DNA of 64,000 bases from Nitrosospira sp. (GTDB lineage Bacteria; Pseudomonadota; Gammaproteobacteria; Burkholderiales; Nitrosomonadaceae): NCBI GenBank assembly GCA_013450215.1, contig JACDSH010000015.1, positions 43,481 to 107,480 on the forward strand. Reading direction: 5' to 3'. Of the stretch, positions 21,209 to 30,779 are shown piece after piece; within the stretch, counting starts at the first letter, position 1; each line of letters starts with the position of its first letter. The position numbers and the translations under genes were made by a program. The notes beneath the pieces are model-generated. The model was given only the letters and a program-made list of their open reading frames with translations, searched no databases and was not told the origin of the DNA.

Positions 21209-21628
21209 ATGGATGAGCAATCAAGCCTATTGGCACTGTTCACCAGCAGCTTTCTTGGTGCCACGCTCCTCCCGGGCGGCTCAGAAGTGGTTCTTTTTGG
21301 TGTTTTAACCGCTCACCCCCAGCTTTACTGGTCTGCCTTGGGAGTCGCTACTCTAGGCAATACGTTGGGCGGTTTGAGTTCGTATGCGATTGGACGTCTG
21401 TTGCCCGATGAAAAAGCACTTCTGAAAAAATCGGGTGGTAATGTGCGCGGGTTAGAGTGGGTGCGTAAACATGGCAGCCCGGCTCTATTGCTGGCATGGG
21501 CGCCATTGATTGGGGACTTGCTATGTGTTGCGGCGGGGTGGCTTCGAATAAACTGGGTATGGGCAATGCTATTCATGGCTATCGGCAAGTTTGCTCGTTA
21601 CTGGTTGATTGCAGCAGCAATTGCCTGA
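21209..21628 (+). CDS. yqaA: YqaA-family (DedA-related) inner-membrane protein
   Basis: 139 aa. LFTSSFLGATLLPGGSEVVLFGVL...GNTLGGL...LLLAWAPLIGDLLCVAAGWLRI closely parallels E. coli YqaA. Confidence 0.85.
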   Translation: MDEQSSLLALFTSSFLGATLLPGGSEVVLFGVLTAHPQLYWSALGVATLGNTLGGLSSYAIGRLLPDEKALLKKSGGNVRGLEWVRKHGSPALLLAWAPLIGDLLCVAAGWLRINWVWAMLFMAIGKFARYWLIAAAIA

Positions 21629-21647
21629 ACACTTCCGATCAGTTAAT

Positions 21648-21676
21648 AAAAAACCGACTTACGTCGGCTTTTTATT
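21648..21676. terminator. Probable bidirectional intrinsic terminator (yqaA / grxD)
   Basis: AAAAAACCGAC-TTAC-GTCGGCTTTTTATT: a short GC stem (5 bp plus a bulge) flanked by an A-run and a T-run, between convergent genes. Confidence 0.5.
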
Positions 21677-21695
21677 AATCCCTGACTCAGTTTCT

Positions 21696-22004
21696 TTATT
21701 TCTGCAGCAGCTTAAGTAGCTCACCACTCTGGTTCATCTCCGTTATGATGTCCGAGCCTCCGATGAACTCACCATTGATATAAAGCTGAGGGATCGTTGG
21801 CCAATTCGAGTACTCCTTGATACCTTGCCGAATCTCCGGGTTGGTGAGCACATCTACGGTGAAGAGGTTATCCACTCCACACAGACTCAGTATCTTAACT
21901 GCGTTGGCAGAGAAGCCGCATTGCGGAAATTCAGGCGTGCCTTTCATATACAGCACCACCTGATTAGTGGTCACTTGCTGCTTAATTGTTTCTTGCGTAT
22001 CCAT
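21696..22004 (-). CDS. grxD: Monothiol glutaredoxin (Grx4 family)
   Basis: CGFS active site (PEFPQCGFS) and WPTIPQLYI.GEF.GG. Start at ATG 22004 (the track start at 22031 is TTG). Confidence 0.92.
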   Translation of the reverse strand: MDTQETIKQQVTTNQVVLYMKGTPEFPQCGFSANAVKILSLCGVDNLFTVDVLTNPEIRQGIKEYSNWPTIPQLYINGEFIGGSDIITEMNQSGELLKLLQK

Positions 22005-22110
22005 ATCTAATTCCTCATCAAATTTGATCAACTTGAAAATCCAACTCTAGGGAGGTATTCCCCTATTAGGGATTCTTTACACTCTGACTAGAGATTTACC
22101 AGTTTATATT

Positions 22111-22971
22111 TTAACAGCTTTGCGCTAGAAAACTCCCACGTTTCCCACCACTAACTCGCATCACACCAGCCAGATCGGAACAAGAAAAAACCTCGCCAAA
22201 ACCCGCCCCCCTCAGTAACTGACAACACGCCTCTGCCTGATCATAGCCATGTTCCAGTAACAGCCATCCCCCCCGGATGAGGTGGTCTTCAGCGGAGTCG
22301 ATAATACGGCGAACACAGTCAAGCCCGTCGGTACCTGCCACTAATGCGGTGCGCGGCTCAAAGCGTAGATCGCCCTGCCCAAGATGGGGGTCGCCGTCGG
22401 CAACATATGGTGGGTTGGACACAATGAGATCGAACTCCTCTCCGGCAACCCCCGTATACCAGTCACCAGCGACGATACAAACGTTTGTCGCATCATGATA
22501 TTTAGCATTCATCCTGGCAATAATCAGGGCGCCATCTGAAAAGTCAACCGCTGTAATACTAGCAAACGGGCGATGTTTGGCGATGGCTATTGCAACTGCT
22601 CCACTACCCGTTCCTAAGTCCAAAACCTTGGACGGTCCCCGCGCGGGAATCCGCTCCAAAGCCTGATCCACCAGCAACTCTGTCTCAAGACGAGGGATCA
22701 GTACGGCGGGGGTTACTTCAAATCTCAAGCTATAAAACTCGCGCTCACCAACAAGGTAAGCAATTGGCTCACCATTGATGCGACGTGATATGAATGAATT
22801 AAATTTTTGTTCTTGATCAGGCGTTAATACTTGGTCAGGATGAGTAATAAGATGTGCATGACCTACATCGAGAACACCCTGTAACAACATGCGAGTATCG
22901 GTCGCTGAGACTCCCGAATACGACTGGTGCAGTACTTGCGCAATGGTGGGTCGATGTATCGAAAGACTCAT
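22111..22971 (-). CDS. prmC: Release-factor glutamine N5-methyltransferase
   Basis: NPPY motif (VSNPPYV) and SAM site LDLGTGSGA. Downstream of prfA. Start at ATG 22971 (the track start at 22989 is TTG). Confidence 0.9.
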   Translation of the reverse strand: MSLSIHRPTIAQVLHQSYSGVSATDTRMLLQGVLDVGHAHLITHPDQVLTPDQEQKFNSFISRRINGEPIAYLVGEREFYSLRFEVTPAVLIPRLETELLVDQALERIPARGPSKVLDLGTGSGAVAIAIAKHRPFASITAVDFSDGALIIARMNAKYHDATNVCIVAGDWYTGVAGEEFDLIVSNPPYVADGDPHLGQGDLRFEPRTALVAGTDGLDCVRRIIDSAEDHLIRGGWLLLEHGYDQAEACCQLLRGAGFGEVFSCSDLAGVMRVSGGKRGSFLAQSC

Positions 22972-23030
22972 GCTGGGGTTGCTGCACAAAGTGGGGTAGT
23001 CAGTGTTTTTATAGGCTGGCGAGGCCGCTT

Positions 23031-24107
23031 CTACTCCGCCATCGCCGTCAGTTGCTCCGTCTGATGCTCGGACATCAATGCTGTGCAGATCTCATTCAAA
23101 TCCCCATCCATAATCTGATCTATTTTATAAAGGGCTAGGTTAATCCGGTGGTCTGTAATACGCCCCTGCGGAAAATTATAAGTGCGAATACGCTCAGAGC
23201 GGTCTCCGCTGCCAATAAGAGACTTGCGAGTGGCGGCCTGCTTCGCCTGTTGTTCGCGCGTTTGTTTGTCGCGAATCCGTGCAACCAAAACGCTCATAGC
23301 CTGCGCCTTATTCTTGTGCTGTGAACGTCCGTCCTGACACTCGACCACGATGCCCGTCGGCAGATGGGTAATGCGAACTGCAGAATCTGTTTTGTTGATA
23401 TGCTGACCACCTGCACCAGAAGCACGGAATGTATCAATCCGCAATTCAGCCGGATTCAAAGTCACGTCATCGATCTCGTCGGCTTCCGGCATCACCGCGA
23501 CTGTACAGGCAGAGGTATGGATACGCCCCTGAGTTTCGGTGGCCGGCACGCGCTGAACTCGATGACCGCCCGACTCAAATTTTAATTTTGAATATGCCCC
23601 TTGACCGATGATCTTTGCGATAATTTCTTTGTATCCCCCCGCCTCTGATGGGTTTTGTGAAATGACTTCCACCTGCCAGCGCTGACGCTCGGCGAAGCGT
23701 GCATACATACGGAATAGATCGCCCGCGAACAGCGCAGACTCGTCCCCCCCTGTGCCAGCACGAATTTCCAAAAAAATATTGCGCTCGTCGTTAGCGTCCT
23801 TGGGCAATAACTGTTTCTGTAATTCTGCCTCGATCCGTACAAGACTCTCTCTCCCTGTTCGTATCTCAGCCTCTGCAAATTCACGCATCGCCAAATCACC
23901 ACTCATTTCTTGTGCGGTCAGGATGTCACGTTCACTCTGTTGATAGGCTTGATAAAGTTCGACCACCGGGGCAATCTCAGCGCGTTCACGTGTGAGCTTG
24001 CGGTAATTGTCGAGATTAGCTGTGGCGGTCTCACTGCTCAGAAGATGGGTTAACTCCTCCAACCGCACGCAAATCTGCGTGAGCTTGGCAGCGATGCTAT
24101 TGTTCAT
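23031..24107 (-). CDS. prfA: Peptide chain release factor 1
   Basis: 358 aa. GGQ motif ([15 protein letters not shown]) and the RF1 PAT tripeptide ([10 protein letters not shown]). Confidence 0.97.
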   Translation of the reverse strand: MNNSIAAKLTQICVRLEELTHLLSSETATANLDNYRKLTRERAEIAPVVELYQAYQQSERDILTAQEMSGDLAMREFAEAEIRTGRESLVRIEAELQKQLLPKDANDERNIFLEIRAGTGGDESALFAGDLFRMYARFAERQRWQVEVISQNPSEAGGYKEIIAKIIGQGAYSKLKFESGGHRVQRVPATETQGRIHTSACTVAVMPEADEIDDVTLNPAELRIDTFRASGAGGQHINKTDSAVRITHLPTGIVVECQDGRSQHKNKAQAMSVLVARIRDKQTREQQAKQAATRKSLIGSGDRSERIRTYNFPQGRITDHRINLALYKIDQIMDGDLNEICTALMSEHQTEQLTAMAE

Positions 24108-25357
24108 TCCGGTCGGCGGAGTTGATATAGCCGATTAACCAACCCGACCAGATCATCACGCTCATCGGCGGTCGCATGATTCAATGCCTCGGAGGGGATA
24201 TGTAGAAATTTATTGGTGAGCCCACTGCTCAGCTGCTCCAATATCTTCTGAGGGTCTTCCCCTTTAGCTAGGAGTTTCATGGCCCGCTCGAGCTCATGCC
24301 GGCGATACCGTTCCGCTTGGTCACGCAATGCCCGGATAGTCGGCACCAGCTCTCGTGATTCCAGCCAGTACATGAAATTGATCACGTTGGAATCGATGAT
24401 GGCCTCAGCCTGTGCTACCGCGCCTTGACGCAAATCTAATCCCTCTCTGACAATTTCAGAAAGATCATCCACTGAGTAAAGAAATACATCATCCAGCTCT
24501 GTCACTTCCGGCTCCACATCTCGCGGCACGGCGAGGTCTACCATAAAAATGGGGCGGTGTTTACGTACCTTGATTGCACGCTCCACCATTCCCTTGCCAA
24601 GTATCGGTAGGGGGCTGGCGGTGCAACTAATCACAATATCGTGCTGCGCTAGCTGTTCTGGAAGCTCATTCAGGGTGATGGCCTGAGCATTAAATCGCTG
24701 CGCCAACAGTTGTGCACGCTCTATAGTGCGATTGGCAACGGTGATTTGCTTTGGATGACGTGCGGCAAAATGACTTGCGCATAGCTCTATCATTTCACCT
24801 GCACCGATAAATAGTACGCGCTGCTCACCGATATCGCCGAAAATTCGCTCAGCCAACCGAGCTGCTGCAGCCGCCATAGAGACCGAGTTTGTGCCAATTT
24901 CAGTGGAAGTACGAACCTCCTTCGCAACAAAAAAGGTCCTCTGAAATAGCTTGTGTAGCATCATTCCCAATGTGCCGGCATGTTCAGCAGATTTCACCGC
25001 GTCCTTCAGTTGACCGAGTATCTGCGGCTCACCCAGAACCATTGAATCTAATCCACTCGCGACACGGAATGCATGTTTCACTGCCTGTTCTCGCGGCAGC
25101 TTATACAGATAAGGCTCCAATTCTCCGGCCTGAAGATGATGGTAGTCAGCTAACCAGTGTGTTGCCTCTTCAGGTCTATCGGTACTGCAGTAAACTTCGG
25201 TACGGTTGCAGGTAGAAACGATCGCAGCCTCTCCCACCGGGTGGTGCTGAACCAGATCATGTAACGCGCTCTCCATCGCATCTTCCGGAAACGTAACCTG
25301 CTCACGTACGTCCAGAGGCGCAGTCTGATAGTTGATGCCAAAGGCAAATAACTGCAT
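24104..25357 (-). CDS. hemA: Glutamyl-tRNA reductase
   Basis: 417 aa. Active-site [10 protein letters not shown] and NADPH site IGAGEM. ATGA overlap with prfA. Confidence 0.96.
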   Translation of the reverse strand: MQLFAFGINYQTAPLDVREQVTFPEDAMESALHDLVQHHPVGEAAIVSTCNRTEVYCSTDRPEEATHWLADYHHLQAGELEPYLYKLPREQAVKHAFRVASGLDSMVLGEPQILGQLKDAVKSAEHAGTLGMMLHKLFQRTFFVAKEVRTSTEIGTNSVSMAAAAARLAERIFGDIGEQRVLFIGAGEMIELCASHFAARHPKQITVANRTIERAQLLAQRFNAQAITLNELPEQLAQHDIVISCTASPLPILGKGMVERAIKVRKHRPIFMVDLAVPRDVEPEVTELDDVFLYSVDDLSEIVREGLDLRQGAVAQAEAIIDSNVINFMYWLESRELVPTIRALRDQAERYRRHELERAMKLLAKGEDPQKILEQLSSGLTNKFLHIPSEALNHATADERDDLVGLVNRLYQLRRPE

Positions 25358-25477
25358 GGAGGGTTATATGAATAACTGGTTAGTAATCAGGGGTTTGCGG
25401 ATTACAGTATTTTCATACTATCAAGGTGTGACATTGCCAATACTCAGAAAATCCAGAAGACCTTCCATTCTTGTCGA

Positions 25478-25511
25478 AAACCAAAAATTTGGAAGTCCCG
25501 GAAGTCCAAAT
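25478..25511 (-). terminator. Weak hairpin plus U-run just 3' of tRNA-Phe
   Basis: Minus strand reads AUUUGGA-(11 nt)-UCCAAAU followed by UUUUGGUUUUC. The stem is only 7 bp and AU-rich, so the call is tentative. Confidence 0.35.
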
Positions 25512-25517
25512 GGATAG

Positions 25518-25593
25518 TGGTGGCCAAGGGCGGAATCGAACCACCGACACAAGGATTTTCAATCCTCTGCTCTACCGACTGAGCTACTTGGCC
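25518..25593 (-). tRNA. tRNA-Phe (anticodon GAA)
   Basis: Reverse complement is GGCCAAGTAGCTCAGTCGGTAGAGCAGAGGATTGAAAATCCTTGTGTCGGTGGTTCGATTCCGCCCTTGGCCACCA. It folds as a cloverleaf (7-bp acceptor, GAA in loop TTGAAAA, TTCGATT T-loop, encoded CCA) and is very similar to E. coli tRNA-Phe. Confidence 0.97.
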
Positions 25594-25837
25594 TTTTAGT
25601 GAAGCTGTCGCATCCTTGCATACACAACAGGGCTGCCTATAAGCCGGCTAATTGGGAGCTGATAATTCTAACACAGCACCAAATTCATTGGAACATCTGG
25701 CAAGACCGGCTAATCCCCTCAAAGAAAGTTAAGCGGATGATCTTGTTGTGAATATTATAATGGTAAAATTTCATTCGCTAATAGCTGACTAGCCCGCTGA
25801 TTGAAAAGGCTATGACTTGTTGCTCACATGAGAACCC

Positions 25838-27277
25838 ATGCAAACATTGATCCCCATCGTCCTTTCTGGTGGTTCTGGCACTCGGCTATGGCCGCTCTCG
25901 CGCGAACAGTATCCCAAGCAACTGCTGCCGTTGGTTGGTGAGGACTCTCTGCTTCAGGCGACGATCCGTCGTACCGAAGGGTTTACGGGTATCCAGCTCG
26001 AAGCGCCGATGGTGGTTTGCAATGAAGAGTACCGCTTTGTAATTGCAGAGCAGCTTCGTTTAATCGATAAAGCCGGTACGATTCTGCTCGAACCGACCGG
26101 CCGTAATACAGCACCCGCTCTGACACTTGCGGCACTGGCAGCAATGCGAGATGGGGCAGACCCAATCCTGCTGGTGATGCCTTCGGATCATATAATTCTA
26201 GATACCGCTGCCTTTCAAGAGGCAGTACGTAAGGGAGTAACCCTCGCGACAGAGGGTAAGGTCGTCACTTTCGGCATCACACCTGACTCACCAGAAACGG
26301 GATTTGGCTACATCCAGTTCGGTGATGCTCTCACCGGAGGCGGTGCTTACCATATTTCACGCTTTGTAGAAAAGCCAGATCTCGCAACAGCTCAAACCTA
26401 TCTTGATGATGGTAGCTACCTATGGAATAGCGGCCTATTTATGCTTCGGGCCTCCATCTGGATCGATGCTATCTCCCTCTGCCATAAAGATATTCTGGTT
26501 GCATGCCGTGCGGCCTGGGATGAGGGCTCAATCGATGGTGAGTTCTTGCGCGTTGGCAAGGAATCGTTCGCGCAATGCCCGAGCGACTCAATCGATTATG
26601 CTGTGATGGAACGTATCGCCGCCGGTGAAAGTTCGTTGCCTCTTGGGGCAGTGATCCCGCTTGTAGCGGGCTGGTCTGATGTGGGCGCGTGGGACTCCTT
26701 GTGGGAGGTCTTACCTAAAGATAGCAATGGGAATGCCTCACAGGGCGATGTCCTACTGCACGACTGCCGTAACACTCTTGTCATGTCGGGCGGTCGATTG
26801 GTAGCCTGTGTAGGCGTTGAGGATGTGGTGGTCGTTGAAACACCTGATGCCATCCTCGTCGTACACAAGAATAAAACTCAGGATGTAAAGAAGATCGTCG
26901 ACAGTCTCAAACTCGAGGGCAGGTCAGAAGGAAGGCTACACCGCAAGGTATTCCGCCCGTGGGGTTGGTACGATGGTATAGACGCCGGCGAACGCTTCCA
27001 AGTGAAGCGCATTGTGGTTAAGCCGGGCGCCTCACTATCACTTCAGATGCACCGCCACCGTGCCGAACACTGGATTGTCGTGTGCGGTACGGCGAAGGTG
27101 ACACGCGGTGACTCGAGTTACCTATTGTCTGAAAATGAATCTACCTTCATCCCTCTCGGCACTCGTCACCGATTGGAGAACCCCGGCTGCGTGCCACTTG
27201 AAATGATCGAAGTTCAGTCTGGCTCTTACTTGGGGGAGGATGATATCGTGCGTTTTGAGGATATATATGGGCGCTGA
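25838..27277 (+). CDS. manC: Mannose-1-phosphate guanylyltransferase / mannose-6-phosphate isomerase (type II PMI)
   Basis: 479 aa. N-terminal LSGGSGTRLWPLSR nucleotidyltransferase motif and C-terminal cupin (HRHRAEHWIVV.GTA). Confidence 0.92.
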   Translation: MQTLIPIVLSGGSGTRLWPLSREQYPKQLLPLVGEDSLLQATIRRTEGFTGIQLEAPMVVCNEEYRFVIAEQLRLIDKAGTILLEPTGRNTAPALTLAALAAMRDGADPILLVMPSDHIILDTAAFQEAVRKGVTLATEGKVVTFGITPDSPETGFGYIQFGDALTGGGAYHISRFVEKPDLATAQTYLDDGSYLWNSGLFMLRASIWIDAISLCHKDILVACRAAWDEGSIDGEFLRVGKESFAQCPSDSIDYAVMERIAAGESSLPLGAVIPLVAGWSDVGAWDSLWEVLPKDSNGNASQGDVLLHDCRNTLVMSGGRLVACVGVEDVVVVETPDAILVVHKNKTQDVKKIVDSLKLEGRSEGRLHRKVFRPWGWYDGIDAGERFQVKRIVVKPGASLSLQMHRHRAEHWIVVCGTAKVTRGDSSYLLSENESTFIPLGTRHRLENPGCVPLEMIEVQSGSYLGEDDIVRFEDIYGR

Positions 27278-27302
27278 AAGAGCGCGCCGAATACGTATTT
27301 AA

Positions 27303-27866
27303 TCAGATACAATAACTATCCTCATCGCCGCCGGTCTCAGTAGCGCTTTTCTGTTTCTTTGTCTCTACATCTGACTCGCCCCCAAACTCCTCAGAGAGTA
27401 GCTCACCGATCGAGAAGCCCAGCATGAGATCGTTCACATGACCAAACTTGTGTAACCGTACATGGCCAACCTTATCGATCAGGATCAAAGTTGGAGTCCC
27501 CTGCATCTGATAAGCCTCCATGGTTAGTGGCATCCCTTGGCTCTTTTCACCCGCGTACTTATCGACCCCAATCGGAAAGCGTAACCGGTATTCGTAAGCA
27601 AACACCTCCAGCGCATCAGGCCCCATCACCTCATGGTGCTCAAATACGGTATGCAGTCCGATCACCGCGACCTTCTTAGAATCGAACTCCTCGTAAATTC
27701 GTTGGGCCTGAGGAATCCCGATTTGCACGCATCCCGGGCAGAGCATTTGAAATGCGTGTAATACAACCACTCTCCCGCGGAGAGATTCAAGCGTAGGTGA
27801 CCTTGTTGTATTCAACCACTTCGATACCTGCAACTCTGGAGCTAAAATCGTGTCATGGTGCGTCAT
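27303..27866 (-). CDS. Thioredoxin-fold redoxin (TlpA/AhpC-TSA-like), apparently cytoplasmic
   Basis: CPGC motif inside a redoxin fold, acidic C-terminal tail. Start at ATG 27866 with a GGAGGA RBS (the track start at 27881 is TTG). No signal peptide seen. Confidence 0.75.
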   Translation of the reverse strand: MTHHDTILAPELQVSKWLNTTRSPTLESLRGRVVVLHAFQMLCPGCVQIGIPQAQRIYEEFDSKKVAVIGLHTVFEHHEVMGPDALEVFAYEYRLRFPIGVDKYAGEKSQGMPLTMEAYQMQGTPTLILIDKVGHVRLHKFGHVNDLMLGFSIGELLSEEFGGESDVETKKQKSATETGGDEDSYCI

Positions 27867-27900
27867 TTTTTTGTCCTCCAAGATCCATTCTGAGTGAAGC

Positions 27901-27940
27901 GACAGAAAGGGGTAGCAGGTAGACGCTACCCCTTTCTGTC
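27901..27940 (-). other. Perfect 16-bp stem / 8-nt loop hairpin between the cytochrome P460 and redoxin genes
   Basis: GACAGAAAGGGGTAGC-aggtagac-GCTACCCCTTTCTGTC. Lies 13 nt after the P460 stop and 34 nt before the redoxin ATG. No U-run follows on the transcribed strand. Confidence 0.7.
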
Positions 27941-27953
27941 CTGTTTAACTGAT

Positions 27954-28547
27954 TTACTTCTTAGGGCTGACCGCACGTAATGGCGCCCAATACTGGGTAA
28001 AGACCATATCCTGTGCAGCATTAGCCTGGTGGCAGGCCACACAGCTCTCATCAGCAGGTGCGCTCTGTGCCTTGTCGTCGCCAAAAACAAAGTAGCCCCA
28101 ATTGCTTGATTTGGCAAAACGTTTGCTATCTTTTACTGAAACTGCCACCGGACCGACATAATCACCGGCAAAGTATCCGCTCCCGCTTGCTGATGACTTG
28201 GAACCCACGCTGACTAACTCTTTAGCAATCATAGCTCCCTCGCGGAACTCGCCTGTTTTTTTCCAGTGGGCCCAGCTTGTATGATCAAGGTAGACATAAT
28301 GGAACTCTGGAAATGCTGGCTTGCCATTATTCATGTCCTTTGGAGTCACTGATGCGCCGATGGAGATCCACTCCTTGATGTTTGCTGGTCGGGCCAACTC
28401 TCCCGCTTGGTTAAATTTAGCTTGTGCTTTCTGGTGCCCATGATCTGATGCTGCAACTGGAGCAACCTGCGCGACCAAAATAGCGGACAGGAATAAGGGG
28501 GCAAGACTGGATAGCCGTGTTTTCTGAAGAATTCGATGGTTCAGCAT
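27954..28547 (-). CDS. cytL: Cytochrome P460
   Basis: 197 aa. Signal peptide, a single C-terminal CVACH, and blocks HWKKTGEFREG, AKELVSVG, GYFAGDY, KDSKRFA and DMVFTQYWAPLRA. These match my memory of N. europaea cytochrome P460, including the Lys of VKELVSVG (cross-link Lys70). Confidence 0.85.
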   Translation of the reverse strand: MLNHRILQKTRLSSLAPLFLSAILVAQVAPVAASDHGHQKAQAKFNQAGELARPANIKEWISIGASVTPKDMNNGKPAFPEFHYVYLDHTSWAHWKKTGEFREGAMIAKELVSVGSKSSASGSGYFAGDYVGPVAVSVKDSKRFAKSSNWGYFVFGDDKAQSAPADESCVACHQANAAQDMVFTQYWAPLRAVSPKK

Positions 28548-28575
28548 AGTTCGACCCCTTTTAATAATTTAAAAA

Positions 28576-28597
28576 CAAAGGGAAGCCAAAGGGAAGC
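28576..28597. repeat. Tandem direct repeat, 2 x 11 bp (CAAAGGGAAGC)
   Basis: 28576-28586 and 28587-28597 are identical. The repeat lies 29-50 bp upstream of the P460 start codon. Confidence 0.9.
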
Positions 28598-28616
28598 TTC
28601 CAACTCCCAAGAGTTA

Positions 28617-28645
28617 ATGTTAGTTACGCTTGACACGTTCGTCAA
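28617..28645 (-). promoter_or_regulatory. Candidate sigma70 promoter for the cytochrome P460 gene
   Basis: Minus strand reads TTGACG (28645-28640), a 17-nt spacer, then TAACAT (28622-28617). The -35 and spacer lie inside the palindrome below. Motif match only. Confidence 0.3.
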
Positions 28646-28651
28646 GCGTAA
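28624..28651. promoter_or_regulatory. Perfect 11-6-11 inverted repeat (candidate operator)
   Basis: TTACGCTTGAC-acgttc-GTCAAGCGTAA, centred about 90 bp upstream of the P460 ATG and about 175 bp upstream of the divergent glcF-like gene. Confidence 0.5.
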
Positions 28652-28812
28652 GCTCCCACGTGTTATAGCCGGATAAATTCACCCGAAACCCTAAACAAGA
28701 TATCACCCCTTCGCTCTGTAATATCTGCCAATGATACCCTACCCTTCCAAACTTTTAGCGCGTAGACTCTGGTCATAATTACAGCTTTAAGAATGTTCTT
28801 TTTCTATCCTCC

Positions 28813-30126
28813 ATGTGGGAGTTGATCACGAATCCGAAAGCTATCCCGCCTGATTTTTCTCCTGCTTCGCTGCTTGCCGAGGCAAACCGTTGTGTTGCCT
28901 GCGGGCTATGTTTGCCACACTGTCCTACCTACCGCATAACCCAATCTGAGGCTGACTCACCACGAGGACGTATTGCTTTGATGAGCGCTGCTGTCAGCGG
29001 CCGCATTCCGATGAATGATCGCTTTTCTCTTCATATTGATCGGTGTCTTACCTGCCGCGCCTGTGAGGCCATTTGTCCCAATCATGTTTCTTACGGCCAC
29101 CTTATTGATGGGACTCGCGCAATCATGGCGCGGCCATCATCCTCACCAACCGGACATGATCTCAGAAAAGAAAAATCTTCATTTCGAGCTTTGGTAGAAA
29201 ATGAATTTATCGCCAAGCCCAGACGTTTTGATTCACTACGCCCATTTCTACGCCTATACCAAAAGAGCGGGCTACAGTCTTTAGTGCGCAAATTTGCTCT
29301 GCTTGGTAAAACAAAATTTGCTGAGATGGATGCACAGTTACCACTGATCAATATGCCCTGCCAATCCCCCAACATCAAGACTACCTCTTGGCACACGATT
29401 TATCCTCCACGTGGCAAGTCACGTGGTGAGATTGGTCTTTTCCTCGGCTGTGTTGCACGACTGACAGACGCGACCACACTGAACGCCACTATATTTGTGC
29501 TCAACCATCTTGGATATACGGTACATGTACCACCCTCTCAGACTTGCTGTGGCGCGCTGCATCGCCATAGCGGCGACATTCAAACCTCGAATCAACTGGC
29601 GCAAGAGAACGTGGTCGCATTTCAAGGGCTGAAACTGGATGCGATCATTAGTACGGCTTCTGGTTGTGGAGCGCATCTTGAAGAATCTCCCCTTAACTCT
29701 TCCCCTAGCATCATTGATGTCAGCACTTTCCTGGAGGAGGCGGAGGGATGGAGTGACGTAGAGATTTCGCCGTTTCCACACAATATTCTGGTACATGATC
29801 CATGCAGTCTGCGTAATGTATCGCGCAGTGCCGAGCACCCCTATTCACTTCTATCTCGCATTCCCGGTGCGACTCCTGTGCCGTTAGCTGGTAATGATCA
29901 ATGCTGCGGGGCGGCTGGAACATATTTTCTTGATCAGCCAGATATGGCAAAAACACTGCTGAATGATAAAATTAAGGCTATTACCCAGAGCGGGGAATGC
30001 TTTCTCGTGACTTCTAACGTTGGTTGTTCAATGCATCTTGCCAGTTCATTACGGCAATTAGGTTCAAAAGTTGTGGTTCTCCACCCAGTCACATTACTAG
30101 CAATACAGATGGGGATGTCGTCTTAA
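28813..30126 (+). CDS. GlcF/HdrD-like (Fe-S) oxidoreductase with two CCG domains
   Basis: 437 aa. Two ferredoxin-type clusters ([24 protein letters not shown]) and two Cys-rich CCG motifs ([16 protein letters not shown]). No glcD or glcE nearby. Confidence 0.8.
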   Translation: MWELITNPKAIPPDFSPASLLAEANRCVACGLCLPHCPTYRITQSEADSPRGRIALMSAAVSGRIPMNDRFSLHIDRCLTCRACEAICPNHVSYGHLIDGTRAIMARPSSSPTGHDLRKEKSSFRALVENEFIAKPRRFDSLRPFLRLYQKSGLQSLVRKFALLGKTKFAEMDAQLPLINMPCQSPNIKTTSWHTIYPPRGKSRGEIGLFLGCVARLTDATTLNATIFVLNHLGYTVHVPPSQTCCGALHRHSGDIQTSNQLAQENVVAFQGLKLDAIISTASGCGAHLEESPLNSSPSIIDVSTFLEEAEGWSDVEISPFPHNILVHDPCSLRNVSRSAEHPYSLLSRIPGATPVPLAGNDQCCGAAGTYFLDQPDMAKTLLNDKIKAITQSGECFLVTSNVGCSMHLASSLRQLGSKVVVLHPVTLLAIQMGMSS

Positions 30127-30152
30127 TCTCACTATTCACTCGAGGTGATTGC

Positions 30153-30779
30153 ATGCCGAATATTGACAAATTTATTATTGGATTCGATAACGCACTTCGC
30201 ACGCTTTTAACGCCTGCGCAGACTCTGCGCCCTGTCCCAGGAACTGAATTATCTGAGGTCGATCTGACCGATTCTGAAAAAAATGAGACCGCCGCACTGA
30301 TGCGTGTGAATCATGTCGGTGAAATTTGTGCGCAGGCACTCTACCAGGGACAAGCCCTCACCGCACGCAGCAGAGAGATACAACAGACCTTAATTCATGC
30401 AGCCCGCGAAGAGACCGAACACCTCGCTTGGACTGAAAGACGAATTGCTGAATTGGGTGGCCGCAAGAGTCTATTGAATCCAATGTGGTACGGTTGCTCC
30501 TTCGCCATTGGGGCCTTTGCCGGCATGCTCGGTGACAAGTGGAACCTTGGTTTCCTTGCAGAAACAGAGCGCCAGGTTGAGGCTCATCTTGCCGGTCATT
30601 TACAACAACTGCCAGAGCATGATGAGAAGAGTCGCGCCATTGTTGCACAGATGCAAGTTGATGAGGCTGGACATGCCGCTATGGCAATGTCTCACGGCGG
30701 CGCAGAGTTACCGACACCGGTAAAGTTGGCGATGGGATTGGGATCTAAAGTGATGACACGAACAGCTTACTGGGTTTAA
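30153..30779 (+). CDS. coq7: Demethoxyubiquinone hydroxylase (di-iron, Coq7 family)
   Basis: 208 aa from ATG 30153 (GAGGTG RBS). [21 protein letters not shown] and VDEAGH (ExxH di-iron motifs). The track start at 30024 overlaps the glcF-like gene. Confidence 0.9.
   Translation: MPNIDKFIIGFDNALRTLLTPAQTLRPVPGTELSEVDLTDSEKNETAALMRVNHVGEICAQALYQGQALTARSREIQQTLIHAAREETEHLAWTERRIAELGGRKSLLNPMWYGCSFAIGAFAGMLGDKWNLGFLAETERQVEAHLAGHLQQLPEHDEKSRAIVAQMQVDEAGHAAMAMSHGGAELPTPVKLAMGLGSKVMTRTAYWV

Noticed and set aside
25358-25837. Genomic island or integrative element at tRNA-Phe
   Set aside because: There is no integrase and no duplicated tRNA 3' segment. The flanks are hemA and manC, with only 160-nt and 244-nt gaps. 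A CCGGCTAAT 9-mer occurs twice (25643 and 25706) but is too short to mean anything.
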